From a virus, in IMG/VR virus record IMGVR_UViG_3300031965_000018, positions 1 through 64,000 of that record: a DNA stretch of 64,000 nucleotides, one strand, 5' to 3'. The translations under genes and the position numbers were made by a program. Below the pieces are notes generated by a model. The model worked only from the letters and a program-made list of their open reading frames with translations, was not told the DNA's origin and did not search any database. Shown one piece after another: positions 8,509 to 17,993 of this stretch (position 1 is the stretch's first letter; every line of letters begins with the position of its first letter).

Positions 8509-10025
8509 CGCCGCCCCCACGCTATCGATGAGCGGCCCGGAGGAGTGATCCCTGCTGGTCGCGGTGTTCGACCCCATGTGCCCGCCGAGCTAGGCTTGGG
8601 TTCAAGCAGTACCGCGTTGAACGCGCAACTCGCGGCGTCCACTTGGTTATCCTCTTTGCCCACAGGGAAGTCACACAACTCACGGATAAAGGCTTCGTTC
8701 CAATCGCCACGGACCAGGTAGACGTTCTTAGCTTCTACCTGAGCGCGAAATGGTTTTGAGCGTGTAACTTTGTCGTGGCTGACTATGACTTCCCTGTAAT
8801 CAAAGCCTTTCAGCTGCTTGACCCGAGCGCTGGTGACTGTCTTCCCCGCACTACCACCCTCACGCTCCTCACGCTGCGAAACGGCAATGCCGTCGGCCTG
8901 TGCTGTTTGGAGCATGAGTGCCTCGACTCCAGCTGGGCTCAGATGGTCGAGGACAACATCCTCAACATAAAACAGGTCATCGGCTTCTGCCATGCGGCAG
9001 CCAACCGTTGCGTCCCCACCGCCCTCGGTCGCGCCCGTATCCCAGCCACGCACGCGCCTGGCTTTCACTGGCGCGGCACCAACAAACTGGAACCACTCTC
9101 GCTTAAAGAGCCCACCGCCCTCAGGCGCTGGTCGCTGCTGTAGCTGACCGGCGGTGCCATAGGGACCAAGGTCTAGCTCAAGTCGGCGTACCGTCTCTGG
9201 CGTAAAGATCGAGGGCCACAGCAACTCCCCAACCTCACGTCGGGGATCGCGAGGGTCAGCCGCATGGCCCGCGTCCTGCTCTGTCCGTGGCCGCGAGGGC
9301 TCATAACGCATCGGGAAGCAAATATGCCGATACCCGCCACGAGTGAGAAGATGCCCACTGAGGTCATCCTCATGGAGCCGCTGCATGATAATAATGACGT
9401 TGACACCGCGCACAATACCGCGTGAACTAATCGTACGGTCATACCACGCGTTCGCTTCCGCTCGCTCGGTATCGGATCGTGACTGCGCCTCGGTGAGGGG
9501 GTCGTCTATGAGGATATAGTCGGGGTGCTCGCCGGTGCCTACGCCACCCACTGACGAAGCAATGCACCAGCCACCCTGGTCGGTATTGAACCGCGTCTTG
9601 GCATTCTGGTCGTCAGCAAGAGTTACCGCGTAGTGTTCCTGGTACCAATCCGACTCGACGATGCGGCGCAACTTACTGGCGGCGTCGATAGTGCGGTGGC
9701 TTCCGTAAGACGCGGTAAGAAAACGCAGGCCCGGTTTACTCGCCCAAAGCCACGCAGGAAACATGACGCTAATCAGTAGCGTCTTCATCGTCCCTGGCGG
9801 GACGTTCACGATAGTGCGGCTATCGCTTCCTGCGGCGATGGTCTCTAGCTCGGAGCAAAGAGCATCAATGTGCCAGTTACTACTGAACGCGCGATCCGGC
9901 TCGATGATGGGCCAGACCTTCTCGACAAACAAACGCAATGATCGACGGCAAAGCTCTGCCTCCAGGGCATCGCGCCGCGCTAAGACCGCGCCGAGATCAA
10001 TGCTTTGTGTCTGAGGCTCTAACAC
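8505..10025 (-). CDS. terL: terminase large subunit
   Basis: Walker A-like NVPPGTMKT, Walker B YILIDDP and coupling motif MQRLHEDD, plus a C-terminal nuclease-type region. 506 aa. Confidence 0.9.
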   Translation of the reverse strand: MLEPQTQSIDLGAVLARRDALEAELCRRSLRLFVEKVWPIIEPDRAFSSNWHIDALCSELETIAAGSDSRTIVNVPPGTMKTLLISVMFPAWLWASKPGLRFLTASYGSHRTIDAASKLRRIVESDWYQEHYAVTLADDQNAKTRFNTDQGGWCIASSVGGVGTGEHPDYILIDDPLTEAQSRSDTERAEANAWYDRTISSRGIVRGVNVIIIMQRLHEDDLSGHLLTRGGYRHICFPMRYEPSRPRTEQDAGHAADPRDPRREVGELLWPSIFTPETVRRLELDLGPYGTAGQLQQRPAPEGGGLFKREWFQFVGAAPVKARRVRGWDTGATEGGGDATVGCRMAEADDLFYVEDVVLDHLSPAGVEALMLQTAQADGIAVSQREEREGGSAGKTVTSARVKQLKGFDYREVIVSHDKVTRSKPFRAQVEAKNVYLVRGDWNEAFIRELCDFPVGKEDNQVDAASCAFNAVLLEPKPSSAGTWGRTPRPAGITPPGRSSIAWGRR

Positions 10026-10458
10026 TATTCTTGGTCATCATAGCCTCATTCATACGTCGGCGGTTGAGTTCGTCCTTCGCTCGCTTGGTGAGCCCGTCTA
10101 GCTCTGCGGCGATGGATTCTAGTGGGAGGTCTCTCAAATCGTCTGATTTCTCGACCGTAATAGTGCTCTTGGGCCCGAGGCCCGTGCGATCTAGGATGGC
10201 TACGACTGCCGCGAGGCGCGTCTTATCGTCATAACCACTGACGAGGATGTCCTCTAGCACAGCGACAGACTTCTCTTGTAACGCGACCATGCGCCGCTGT
10301 ACCTGGTCCTTTGCGAGTGCAACTGACGCGCCGTGTAGGACACACGTCTCCTCTCCCTCGACGGGTATGCGAGTGCACGGAGTGCCGGCCTTGGACACGT
10401 AGGCGCAACCAATGGCCTTTGGTGCGTCTGGGTTCAGGCTCTCGTATAAGGAAGGCAT
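9997..10458 (-). CDS. putative terminase small subunit
   Basis: 153-aa ORF immediately upstream of and overlapping terL. First gene after the iteron field. Positional call only. Confidence 0.4.
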   Translation of the reverse strand: MPSLYESLNPDAPKAIGCAYVSKAGTPCTRIPVEGEETCVLHGASVALAKDQVQRRMVALQEKSVAVLEDILVSGYDDKTRLAAVVAILDRTGLGPKSTITVEKSDDLRDLPLESIAAELDGLTKRAKDELNRRRMNEAMMTKNSVRASDTKH

Positions 10459-10525
10459 AGATCGCGTCGGGCGTGACTATACGCGCGGCCCGAGGCGAAA
10501 GTAAAGATGGAAACGGTGCTTCCGA

Positions 10526-10924
10526 GGGTAAGCCCGAGTAAGGTGAGGTAAGGTGGAATTTCCCGAGCCTTTCTTATATACCTTACCTACCTTACCTACC
10601 TTACTCTTGTATATCTTCTAATAGGAGAGGTAGCGGGATTGGACGGTTAAGCGAAGATTAAGGGGAGACGGATTTTCCGTAATTCGGGAAGTGCGTAGGC
10701 AAAATGGGTAATTCCCGGTAAGGCGGTAAGGCGCTCAAATTTCCTAACGATTTTCACCACCCGCCTTACCCAAACTTTCACCTTACCTACCTTACCTACC
10801 TTACCCTTCTTTCTAAACATTTCCGACCTTACCTACCTTACCGACCTTACCCTCGCCGCGAAACATTTCGCCCGCGACCACCTTACCTACCTTACCTACC
10901 TTACCCTTCTTTCTGAACATTTCC
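10526..10924. repeat. iteron field built on GGTAAGG/CCTTACC (9-bp unit CCTTACCTA)
   Basis: Arrays at 10581-10604, 10781-10807, 10827-10852 and 10881-10907. Inverted copies at 10538-10555 and 10717-10733. A 46-bp direct repeat at 10779-10824 and 10879-10924 is spaced exactly 100 bp apart with 1 mismatch. Confidence 0.85.
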
Positions 10925-12997
10925 CGTCTCGCCTTTCGCTTCCCGCTCCTCCGTCTTCGACTCCAGCGGTAACACCCCAGTGGGCGCCGGTCCCTCATAC
11001 CCAACCACTGTCTTCCCTTGAGTACTACCCTCCCATACTCTGGTCCTCGTAAACCCAAATCGTTGCATAATCTCTGAGATACGCATAGAGCCAGACCGTT
11101 CACGTCTAGCCACTTCGATGCCTAGTACATCCCAAATGACATTTGTTGTCACCTTACGCCGCCCATTTAATGAAACAGGCAGATTCTCCACCAATTCCCC
11201 AATAATCTCCTCCCACGCATCCATCTCTCGACGTTCATCTTGCTGCTCACCAGCAATGGCCCACAGTGCCTCAGGGAGTCGTATACTCTCACCTTTGTCT
11301 TCTCTCGCATTAGCCTCGGCCCAAAGCTGGTCACGGAGGGCTCGGATCTTCCCCACGTTAAATCGTTTCACGCGCACCGGCCAGAACCGTCGTGCGCCTG
11401 TCGGGTCGGCCAGATACCCTCCACCAGCTGGATTCGTCGTCCCTATGATGATGAATTGCCTCGCACGCTCCACGGGCAGCCTCGCATAGGCCATACGAGC
11501 GGGTCCATCTACCTGCCTCGATAGCGTGGCCTTGAGTTGCTCAGAGTCGGCCTTGCGTTTCCCGGCCAGGTCTGATGCCTCGACAATCCACTTTCCAATG
11601 GTGCCCTCGATGAGTTGCTGGCTTCGGACGTGCAACGGTAGGTCATCCGAGAACCACTCGGGTTTCGGGCACAGCGCACTGAGCGCACTCGACTTTTCCA
11701 TACCCTGCCCGCTCTCAAGGACAAGCATCTCATCGAACTTACAGCCAGGTGATCGGATACGGCGGACAGCGGCCACCAGCACCATGGCACTGACGGTCCT
11801 CGTATACTCGTTGTCCTCGGCTCCGGCATAGTCAATCAACCACGTATCGATGCGCGGCTCGCCATCCCAGGTCAGTGTATTGAGATACTCCTTGACCGGG
11901 TGGAAGCCATTCTCCCAGGCCAGGTGGCGTATGACCTTATCGAAGAATTCAAAGCTGGGGCGAAAATGAAACTCAGTATCGACGCGCAGCCATAAGGCTG
12001 TGAGCACTCGGTCTTCCAGTGGCTCGCCATTGACGATCAGTTTGTCGGAGAACTCGTTATAGGCCAGACGCACCTCTAGAGCCTCGATGGCGTGCTTGAT
12101 GTTCTCTTGGTCGTCCTTGACGATGTTACCGTCTTTGGTGCGGCGGAAGTCGCTGTCTCGGCCAAGCCACTCGAAGATTCGGGCCAGGACTCGCTTCCCA
12201 TTGTCACCTAAGTACTTGGCTAGTGATGGGCCACCCTTCGACCGCACCTGGGCGTTTTCGAGACGCGCGGCCGTCGATTCGAGCACCAGGCGAATGTCCG
12301 ATACCTCGGTATTCTGGCAATAGATGGAGATCGCTTCGCCCATCAACTGACACTCGTCTTTGGTGAAGCCGAGCTTGAGCATGAAGCCAGCCCAGGCGAG
12401 CCGTGGCTCATGACCAAAGCCGAATACACCGAGGTACTTCGATAGGATCATGGAGATGGCGGATAGAGCGACCGATTGACGTAACTGCCCGGCCTCTAGA
12501 TGGGCTGGGGTGTCGTGACGACGAAACTTGAGTTGCTCCTTATGTCTCGGGTCGTTCTTATCTACCCACATCGATGGCGGGACCATCGACTGGAACCCCA
12601 ATGTGCCATCGTTCTTTGTCCCTCGAATCTCGATGAGGGTCGTGCCGTCGATGTCATCGTAGCGATAAGTGGGTATTGCCTCGTTGGCGGTATAGAGACA
12701 GTGGGAGACGAACTTACTGTCACGGCCATAGACGAATCCGGTGGAGGGGAGGATCTTCTGGGCGACCTTCGTGCCGTCGGCCCAATCAATATCTATGTCG
12801 TGCAGAAACTTGCCCGGCTCTACTTCAATGCCAAGCAGCAGACCCACTCGATGTGTGTCTTCCTTATATTGCCCTGCCGTATAGGTCTTCGTGGGCCAAT
12901 CCTTCTCTTTCGGCCCTTTGCTGCTGCCCTCGGCCTTCCATAGAACAATACGGTAGTGATTGTCAAGATAGCGCTGAACGATGTTAGCGCCCGTCAT
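10901..12997 (-). CDS. bifunctional primase-polymerase / VirE-type (SF3-like) NTPase
   Basis: The N-terminal prim-pol region has LHDIDIDW. The C-terminal VirE-like region has LVLESGQGMEKSSAL (variant Walker A) and FIIIGTTN. The likely start is ATG 12997 (MTGANIVQRYL). Confidence 0.7.
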   Translation of the reverse strand: MTGANIVQRYLDNHYRIVLWKAEGSSKGPKEKDWPTKTYTAGQYKEDTHRVGLLLGIEVEPGKFLHDIDIDWADGTKVAQKILPSTGFVYGRDSKFVSHCLYTANEAIPTYRYDDIDGTTLIEIRGTKNDGTLGFQSMVPPSMWVDKNDPRHKEQLKFRRHDTPAHLEAGQLRQSVALSAISMILSKYLGVFGFGHEPRLAWAGFMLKLGFTKDECQLMGEAISIYCQNTEVSDIRLVLESTAARLENAQVRSKGGPSLAKYLGDNGKRVLARIFEWLGRDSDFRRTKDGNIVKDDQENIKHAIEALEVRLAYNEFSDKLIVNGEPLEDRVLTALWLRVDTEFHFRPSFEFFDKVIRHLAWENGFHPVKEYLNTLTWDGEPRIDTWLIDYAGAEDNEYTRTVSAMVLVAAVRRIRSPGCKFDEMLVLESGQGMEKSSALSALCPKPEWFSDDLPLHVRSQQLIEGTIGKWIVEASDLAGKRKADSEQLKATLSRQVDGPARMAYARLPVERARQFIIIGTTNPAGGGYLADPTGARRFWPVRVKRFNVGKIRALRDQLWAEANAREDKGESIRLPEALWAIAGEQQDERREMDAWEEIIGELVENLPVSLNGRRKVTTNVIWDVLGIEVARRERSGSMRISEIMQRFGFTRTRVWEGSTQGKTVVGYEGPAPTGVLPLESKTEEREAKGETGNVQKEG

Positions 12998-13135
12998 CTC
13001 TTGGCTGTCCACGAAATAGATATAGACACGGCTAGTCCTCCGTTGAAAGATGCTTGGGCCCCACCACCCATTGGGACTAGCAATGAGCAATAGGCGAGGT
13101 GCCTGGCCTTGGCACGCCCAAGCTGCTTGCCTCAT

Positions 13136-13454
13136 TCTGTCGGGGTGGACTGAACGCGGAAGCGCGGGTTAGTATACGCGAAAACCCAGTGGAAATAAAG
13201 GTGTTTCTGGTGAATCGTCGCGTGAATGCGGTGGTGAATTATTTCGCGGCGGAGTAGGAAACGCGCGGCGGAAGTTATTACGGAAGTTAGTAACGCGCGG
13301 GCGCGAGGCGCGGTGGAAATAATTTTGCGGACGCGTGAGATTTGACTTTCGTTTCCGTGCGCGCGGGTTTAGACTTCGGTTCGTTGAGATTTTCGGATTG
13401 AGTCTTTCGGATCGTCGGTATTGGACCGGCGTCCGTTTCCCTCGGAGAGATACG
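13136..13454. promoter_or_regulatory. divergent control region between primase (-) and early (+) genes
   Basis: About 320 bp noncoding, with repeated GTGGAAATAA (13189-13198, 13313-13322), GGTGAAT(C/T) and ACGCGCGG motifs. I could not place promoter hexamers with confidence. Confidence 0.4.
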
Positions 13455-13841
13455 ATGCAATTCAAAAAGTTCAAGCAGACGGCTCACCGCGTCCTGTACC
13501 GGCGCAACGGTTCCACGAAGTCGGTGCGCATGGATGCACGCGAGTTTGAAGGTGGCACCGCACCTGACGTGCTCGATATCGGTGACGCCAGCGTGAAGTT
13601 CGCAGCGGCATCGGCCGGTGCGTCGAGCGTGCCGATGCCTGCCGACGTGGCGGAAGCGAAGGCAAAGCTGGATGCCTTCCGCAAGGCGCAGAAGGATGCC
13701 CGTGAGGCCCGGCTCACCCCGGAGCAGCGTGCGAAGCGTGAGCAGAAGGTGCGCGAGAACAAGGCAGCCAAGGCCGCAACGAAGACCGCGCCTCCGCAAA
13801 AGGCCACGCCTCAGGCTCCGCAGAAGGTGGCTGCGCGGTAA
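13455..13841 (+). CDS. hypothetical protein, Lys/Ala-rich C-terminus
   Basis: SD GGAGAG 6 nt before ATG 13455 (MQFKKFKQTAHRV...). Followed by a strong terminator-like hairpin. Confidence 0.5.
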   Translation: MQFKKFKQTAHRVLYRRNGSTKSVRMDAREFEGGTAPDVLDIGDASVKFAAASAGASSVPMPADVAEAKAKLDAFRKAQKDAREARLTPEQRAKREQKVRENKAAKAATKTAPPQKATPQAPQKVAAR

Positions 13842-13917
13842 CGGGTAACACATCTGTCCGCGTCGCAAGTAGGTTTGGCTTCATCTCCCGCCTAGCGTTG
13901 CGAGCCGACAGCCGCAA

Positions 13918-13962
13918 GGCGACCATCTCTAGCCCACCTGGAGATGGTCGCCGTTTCGTTGT
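13918..13962 (+). terminator. intrinsic terminator-like hairpin
   Basis: Perfect 12-bp stem ggcgaccatctc / gagatggtcgcc with an 11-nt loop, followed by gtttcgttgt. Confidence 0.6.
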
Positions 13963-13986
13963 CCTTAGTGTATGTATGGAGGACAG

Positions 13987-16158
13987 ATGAGTGCAAAGCA
14001 ACCAACTCCCGTCCCACCCGGTGCGGTGAAACCACCGCCACCTCCTGCTCCACCGAAACCAAGAGATGGCACCATGCGCAGCCCTAGTCTCTTTGATGAT
14101 CTCGAAGATGAGCGGCGCGCGACGGAGGGCTGGGTGCCCGACGAACCGCCACAAATTGCGAGTCGTGGCGTCAAGCACATCGTCCTAAACTTTGAGACCA
14201 CTGGCCTGCGATGGTGGGACCGGGATCGGCCACTCGCGGCATCGGTTTGTTTCCCTGACGGCACGGCTCGCTACATCTCATGGGGTCACCGTGGTGGGAA
14301 CATCGCAGAAGAGACGGCCCGCCGATGGGCTCAACGCGAGTTGCGCGATCTGCATATCGAGAACATCAATACGCGCTTCGACGTGCACCAAGGCAAGACC
14401 TGGGGTATTGATCTTGAGGCGCAGAATTGCACCGTCTCAGATATTAGTCATTACGCGGCCCTGCTCGATGACCACCGCAAGACATTCAGCCTGGACCAGT
14501 TGATTCGAGACTTACTGGGTGAAGAGCCGATGGCGAGGCTAGACGAGTCTCGCATGGTAGACTATCACGCAGAGGAGGCCGCGCCTAGAGCGAAATACAA
14601 TGCTCAGATAGTGCGGCGACTGCATGAGGTAATGTGGCCGCGCATAGTGGCGGAGGATTTAGAGCGGGTCGTGGCACTCGAATCCAAGGTCATTTACCCG
14701 GTTTGCGAGATGGAGCGCAATGGCGTGCCCATAGACCTTGAACTCCTCGACCACTATCTCAAGGCATCAAAAGCCGCCTATGAGCGTTGTCTCTATGACC
14801 TCATCAAGCTCGTAGGGTTTCAGGTCGATCCAGGCAGCCCCACACACCGCAAGCGATTGTTCGAGCATCTCAAACTACCGTTGAGCTATTTAGGCTCGGG
14901 TCGCGCGTCCTTCACCGACGCGATCACGAAGGAACACGAGCACATCCCAGCCATCGCCCTACTGCGACAGGCCACGAAGATTGCGAGTATCCGCTCGAAA
15001 TACCTCTTGAAATATCAGAAGAACGCCGACAGCAACGGGATCATTCGCTACGCACTCCACCAGCTACGGGCGCAGAAGGATGAGCTCAGCGACTACGATA
15101 CTGGTGGCACCGTTACGGGCCGGTTCTCGTCTAGTGCCTTGACGACGGACCCGGATGGTGGGATAAACATCCAGCAAGTAATGAAAGCCTCAAAGCAACG
15201 CGTGGCGTTTGGCTATGAGGAAGATGACAACTCGCATGACGATGAGATTTACATTATTCGTCGGCTACACGTCCCGCCAAGCGGGCGTCAGTGGATGGCG
15301 TCGGATGCGATGCAAGAAGAATATCGCATCTTTGCGAGCTACGTCGGTAATCCAGCCATACTGGCAGCGTATCGAGAGAATCCCTTGATGAGCTTCCATA
15401 AGTATATGTGGGCGCGCGTCAAACGGTTCAAGCCGGACCAGACGTATCGGCAGCAGAAGGATCTCAACTTCGCCTACATCTATGGCGCAGGGATGCTCAA
15501 ACAGGCTCTAATGCTCGGGCATATCACGAAGTCCGAGTACGACGACATTAAGAAGACCCGGCGCTACGACCGGCGCTACGACCACCCCAGGTTGGAAGAG
15601 ACGCGGGAGGTTCGCCGCATCTATGAGCAGGAGATTCCCGAGGTCAAGAACCTGCTTGCTCTAGCGGCGCACATTGCGAAACCTGTTTGCGACAAGGACT
15701 GTTTCGACCCGCGCAACGCGGCCCTCATGCGTAGGCTGCACGACTCCGAGGAGCATCGTGGCTATGTGCGCACGATTCTCGGCCGACGCAGTCGGTTCCC
15801 GAATGGGAATCGGTTACACAAAGCCTTCAACTCGATTGATCAAGGCTCGGGCGCGGATATCATGAAGCAGAAGATCATAGAGCTTCACGAGGATCGACAT
15901 CGCACTGGGTTGACGCTTCGCTATACGGTCCATGATGAGCTAGATGGGGATATTCCGCAGGGAGCGGATGGGGAAGAGTCGTTGCGGTTGATTCATACTG
16001 TTTTGAACCAACAGTCGTTCCCACAATTGAAGGTGCCGATCCTGTGGGAAGTGTCGAGTGGGCCGACGTGGGCGGACTGTAAGGAAACGGAGTCGGAGTT
16101 TGCATCGTCGGATGCAGTGAAGTCGCTACTCGGTATTCACGATTCGCAGGATGAGTAA
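13987..16158 (+). CDS. family A DNA polymerase with 3'-5' exonuclease domain
   Basis: Exo I VLNFETTGL; motif A DAMQEEYRIFA; motif B KDLNFAYIYGAG; motif C YTVHDELDGD. SD GGAGGA precedes ATG 13987. Confidence 0.9.
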   Translation: MSAKQPTPVPPGAVKPPPPPAPPKPRDGTMRSPSLFDDLEDERRATEGWVPDEPPQIASRGVKHIVLNFETTGLRWWDRDRPLAASVCFPDGTARYISWGHRGGNIAEETARRWAQRELRDLHIENINTRFDVHQGKTWGIDLEAQNCTVSDISHYAALLDDHRKTFSLDQLIRDLLGEEPMARLDESRMVDYHAEEAAPRAKYNAQIVRRLHEVMWPRIVAEDLERVVALESKVIYPVCEMERNGVPIDLELLDHYLKASKAAYERCLYDLIKLVGFQVDPGSPTHRKRLFEHLKLPLSYLGSGRASFTDAITKEHEHIPAIALLRQATKIASIRSKYLLKYQKNADSNGIIRYALHQLRAQKDELSDYDTGGTVTGRFSSSALTTDPDGGINIQQVMKASKQRVAFGYEEDDNSHDDEIYIIRRLHVPPSGRQWMASDAMQEEYRIFASYVGNPAILAAYRENPLMSFHKYMWARVKRFKPDQTYRQQKDLNFAYIYGAGMLKQALMLGHITKSEYDDIKKTRRYDRRYDHPRLEETREVRRIYEQEIPEVKNLLALAAHIAKPVCDKDCFDPRNAALMRRLHDSEEHRGYVRTILGRRSRFPNGNRLHKAFNSIDQGSGADIMKQKIIELHEDRHRTGLTLRYTVHDELDGDIPQGADGEESLRLIHTVLNQQSFPQLKVPILWEVSSGPTWADCKETESEFASSDAVKSLLGIHDSQDE

Positions 16159-16303
16159 GACATCTTCATTCATATGGTTGCTCATTGGGCTATGGGCTGT
16201 TTGGGCTCTAATCTTTGGTGACGTGGTTCATTGGATGACCGCTGTATTGGCGTTAGTGGTCGTATCGGTTCTATTGTTCGCCTTTTACTTTGAGGAACGA
16301 TGA
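16151..16303 (+). CDS. possible 50-aa two-TM membrane peptide
   Basis: MSKTSSFIWLLIGLWAVWALIFGDVVHWMTAVLALVVVSVLLFAFYFEER. Overlaps the polymerase stop and is ATGA-coupled to the next ORF. Below the ORF-track size cutoff. Confidence 0.35.
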   Translation: MSKTSSFIWLLIGLWAVWALIFGDVVHWMTAVLALVVVSVLLFAFYFEER

Positions 16304-16478
16304 CCAGTACAGCCTTCACTGCACGTAGTCTCGTACTTCGAGCCATACCGCCCGAAGACCGGCCGCGCTGCCCGATCTCATGCCTGATGATCATCGTGGA
16401 CCTCGACCCGCCGACGTGGCGATGTGAACGGTGTCTCCGTTATTACACTGGAAAGCAGAAGCAATGCACACTATTCTG
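16299..16478 (+). CDS. possible 59-aa zinc-ribbon protein
   Basis: MTSTAFTARSLVLRAIPPEDRPRCPISC...WRCERCLRYY has CxxxC...CxxC. ATGA-coupled to the upstream micro-ORF. Confidence 0.35.
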
Positions 16479-16667
16479 ACCCGCGAGCAGATTGAGCAGG
16501 CGTTGACGCCCTTCCGTGAATGGCTGGAGCGTGCCAAGCGATCTCCGTCGCTGGCGGACGAAAGCGACTGGAGTAGAGGCTTCGGGAGCGCCCTGGTTGC
16601 AGTGGAGGTTGAGTTAGACGTGTCCCTCCTGGCGCACGGCGCACCGACCGCCCCCAAGGAGCAGTAG
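16464..16667 (+). CDS. hypothetical protein
   Basis: MHTILTREQIEQALTPFREWLERAK... is the internal ATG of track ORF 16431..16667. Confidence 0.4.
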   Translation: MHTILTREQIEQALTPFREWLERAKRSPSLADESDWSRGFGSALVAVEVELDVSLLAHGAPTAPKEQ

Positions 16668-16671
16668 AGAG

Positions 16672-16953
16672 ATGGCGCGGCGCTTTCAAGCTAGACGCGG
16701 CAATGGCCGATTCACGCGGAACACGGTGGAGAACACGTTCGGCCTGCACGTCCATATCCATGAATGGAAGGCTGATGGTTCGTGGTGCGGCGCGTTCAAT
16801 ACGTGTCCAGTCGGTGAGCCCAAGCCCAATACCTGCCATGCGTGCGGCGAACCGTTGTCTGCCGGATCGGCCGCACCGATTGCCCTCAACCCGCTGTGTG
16901 ACTGCGAGGTCTATCAAACATGCAGCACGTGCCGTCCCAAGGAGCAGCCATGA
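16672..16953 (+). CDS. hypothetical Cys-rich protein
   Basis: 93-aa track ORF with several CxxC-like pairs (CHACG, CDCEVYQTCSTC). Confidence 0.45.
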   Translation: MARRFQARRGNGRFTRNTVENTFGLHVHIHEWKADGSWCGAFNTCPVGEPKPNTCHACGEPLSAGSAAPIALNPLCDCEVYQTCSTCRPKEQP

Positions 16954-17504
16954 CTGACATCCTCACGCCGGAGCAGATTGCGAACCTGGCCCAAAGAGCT
17001 AAGTGGGCAAAGGGCCTCAGCCCCGCAGCGGACAACTTGTGCGCGATTGCCGACTCTCACGAATCTCTCCGCGCCCAAGTGCAGGCGCTCACCGAGGAGC
17101 GGGACCGGGAACGCGAGCACCGAATACAGAACTTGCGTCAGACCGTCACGAACCTTGAGCGTGCCGAAGCCGCCGAACGTCTCGCCGCTGAACTCCATGA
17201 GCGCGTCACCGAGTGGCAACCAATCGTAAACGCCTACAACGCGAACCGCTGCGCCGAAGCCGATCCCGAAGGTGAAGCCCATCAGCAACGCAAGCGGGCT
17301 GAGAAGGCCGAACGTCTCGCCGCCGAGCGGGAGGCTGAGAACACCCGACTGCGCGAAGTGCTGGAGCAGCTCGTGTCGCGCGTTGCGAATGGGCGTGTCT
17401 CTTCGATCGGCTCGCTCGACAATACCCTCACGGTCCAGTTCGGACGAGACGAGCTTGAACGCTTGCGAGCTGCCCTGTCCCCCACCCCCGCTGCCGGCGA
17501 TTGA
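16950..17504 (+). CDS. hypothetical coiled-coil protein
   Basis: MTDILTPEQIANLAQRAK... with repeated AERLAAE heptad-like segments. SD AAGGAG precedes the ATG. Confidence 0.5.
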   Translation: MTDILTPEQIANLAQRAKWAKGLSPAADNLCAIADSHESLRAQVQALTEERDREREHRIQNLRQTVTNLERAEAAERLAAELHERVTEWQPIVNAYNANRCAEADPEGEAHQQRKRAEKAERLAAEREAENTRLREVLEQLVSRVANGRVSSIGSLDNTLTVQFGRDELERLRAALSPTPAAGD

Positions 17505-17737
17505 GCATGAGCTACGACCTTGAAATCGAGCCGTGCGAGAACGGGCGATTCGGTTACGGTCGCGACATGGGCGTCATGAGCGGCAGGTTTTGGGCTGTGT
17601 TCGCGTGGGAATCCTCGTCGCGGTCCTGGCGAGCTGTTGCTCACTATCACGCGATGGAAACGGCTCGAAGCGAAGCGAGGCGACGAGACGCCAAGCGGGC
17701 CACCCCCGCTGCAGGAGAGGAGCCGACCAATGGCTGA
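17501..17737 (+). CDS. hypothetical protein
   Basis: 78-aa track ORF, 4-nt overlap with the upstream gene. Confidence 0.45.
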   Translation: MSMSYDLEIEPCENGRFGYGRDMGVMSGRFWAVFAWESSSRSWRAVAHYHAMETARSEARRRDAKRATPAAGEEPTNG

Positions 17738-17993
17738 CCACGAACGTCACCACGAGCAATGCTCCGCTTCTCGGCCACGCTGGGCCATATGCGGGTGCCC
17801 GCCGGGATGGCCTCAACCGTTATTCACCCGCGCCCAGCTCGCCGCCCGGTTGACGCAACAGAAGTTGCTGGATGCGTATCAGGCTGCGACCCGAGCTTCG
17901 TGGCCGCCGAATAACGTGCAAGCTGCGGTTACGGCATCTATGGACGCCATGCGCCAAAGCCTCCTCGATACCTTGACCGGCGAGGGGGAGTGA
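17730..17993 (+). CDS. hypothetical protein
   Basis: MADHERHHEQCSASRPRWAICGCPPGW... is the internal ATG of track ORF 17637..17993 and overlaps the upstream stop. Confidence 0.4.
   Translation: MADHERHHEQCSASRPRWAICGCPPGWPQPLFTRAQLAARLTQQKLLDAYQAATRASWPPNNVQAAVTASMDAMRQSLLDTLTGEGE

Noticed and set aside
10813-11103. 96-aa minus-strand ORF with a KVGKVGKV repeat peptide
   Set aside because: It is an artefact of translating the CCTTACCTA iterons, and it overlaps the well-supported C-terminus of the primase/VirE gene in another frame.
16182-16657. Minus-strand ORFs 16182-16394 and 16391-16657 downstream of the polymerase
   Set aside because: The same interval is tiled exactly by coupled + strand micro-ORFs in the direction of the operon. 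The minus frames are Arg/Ser-rich.
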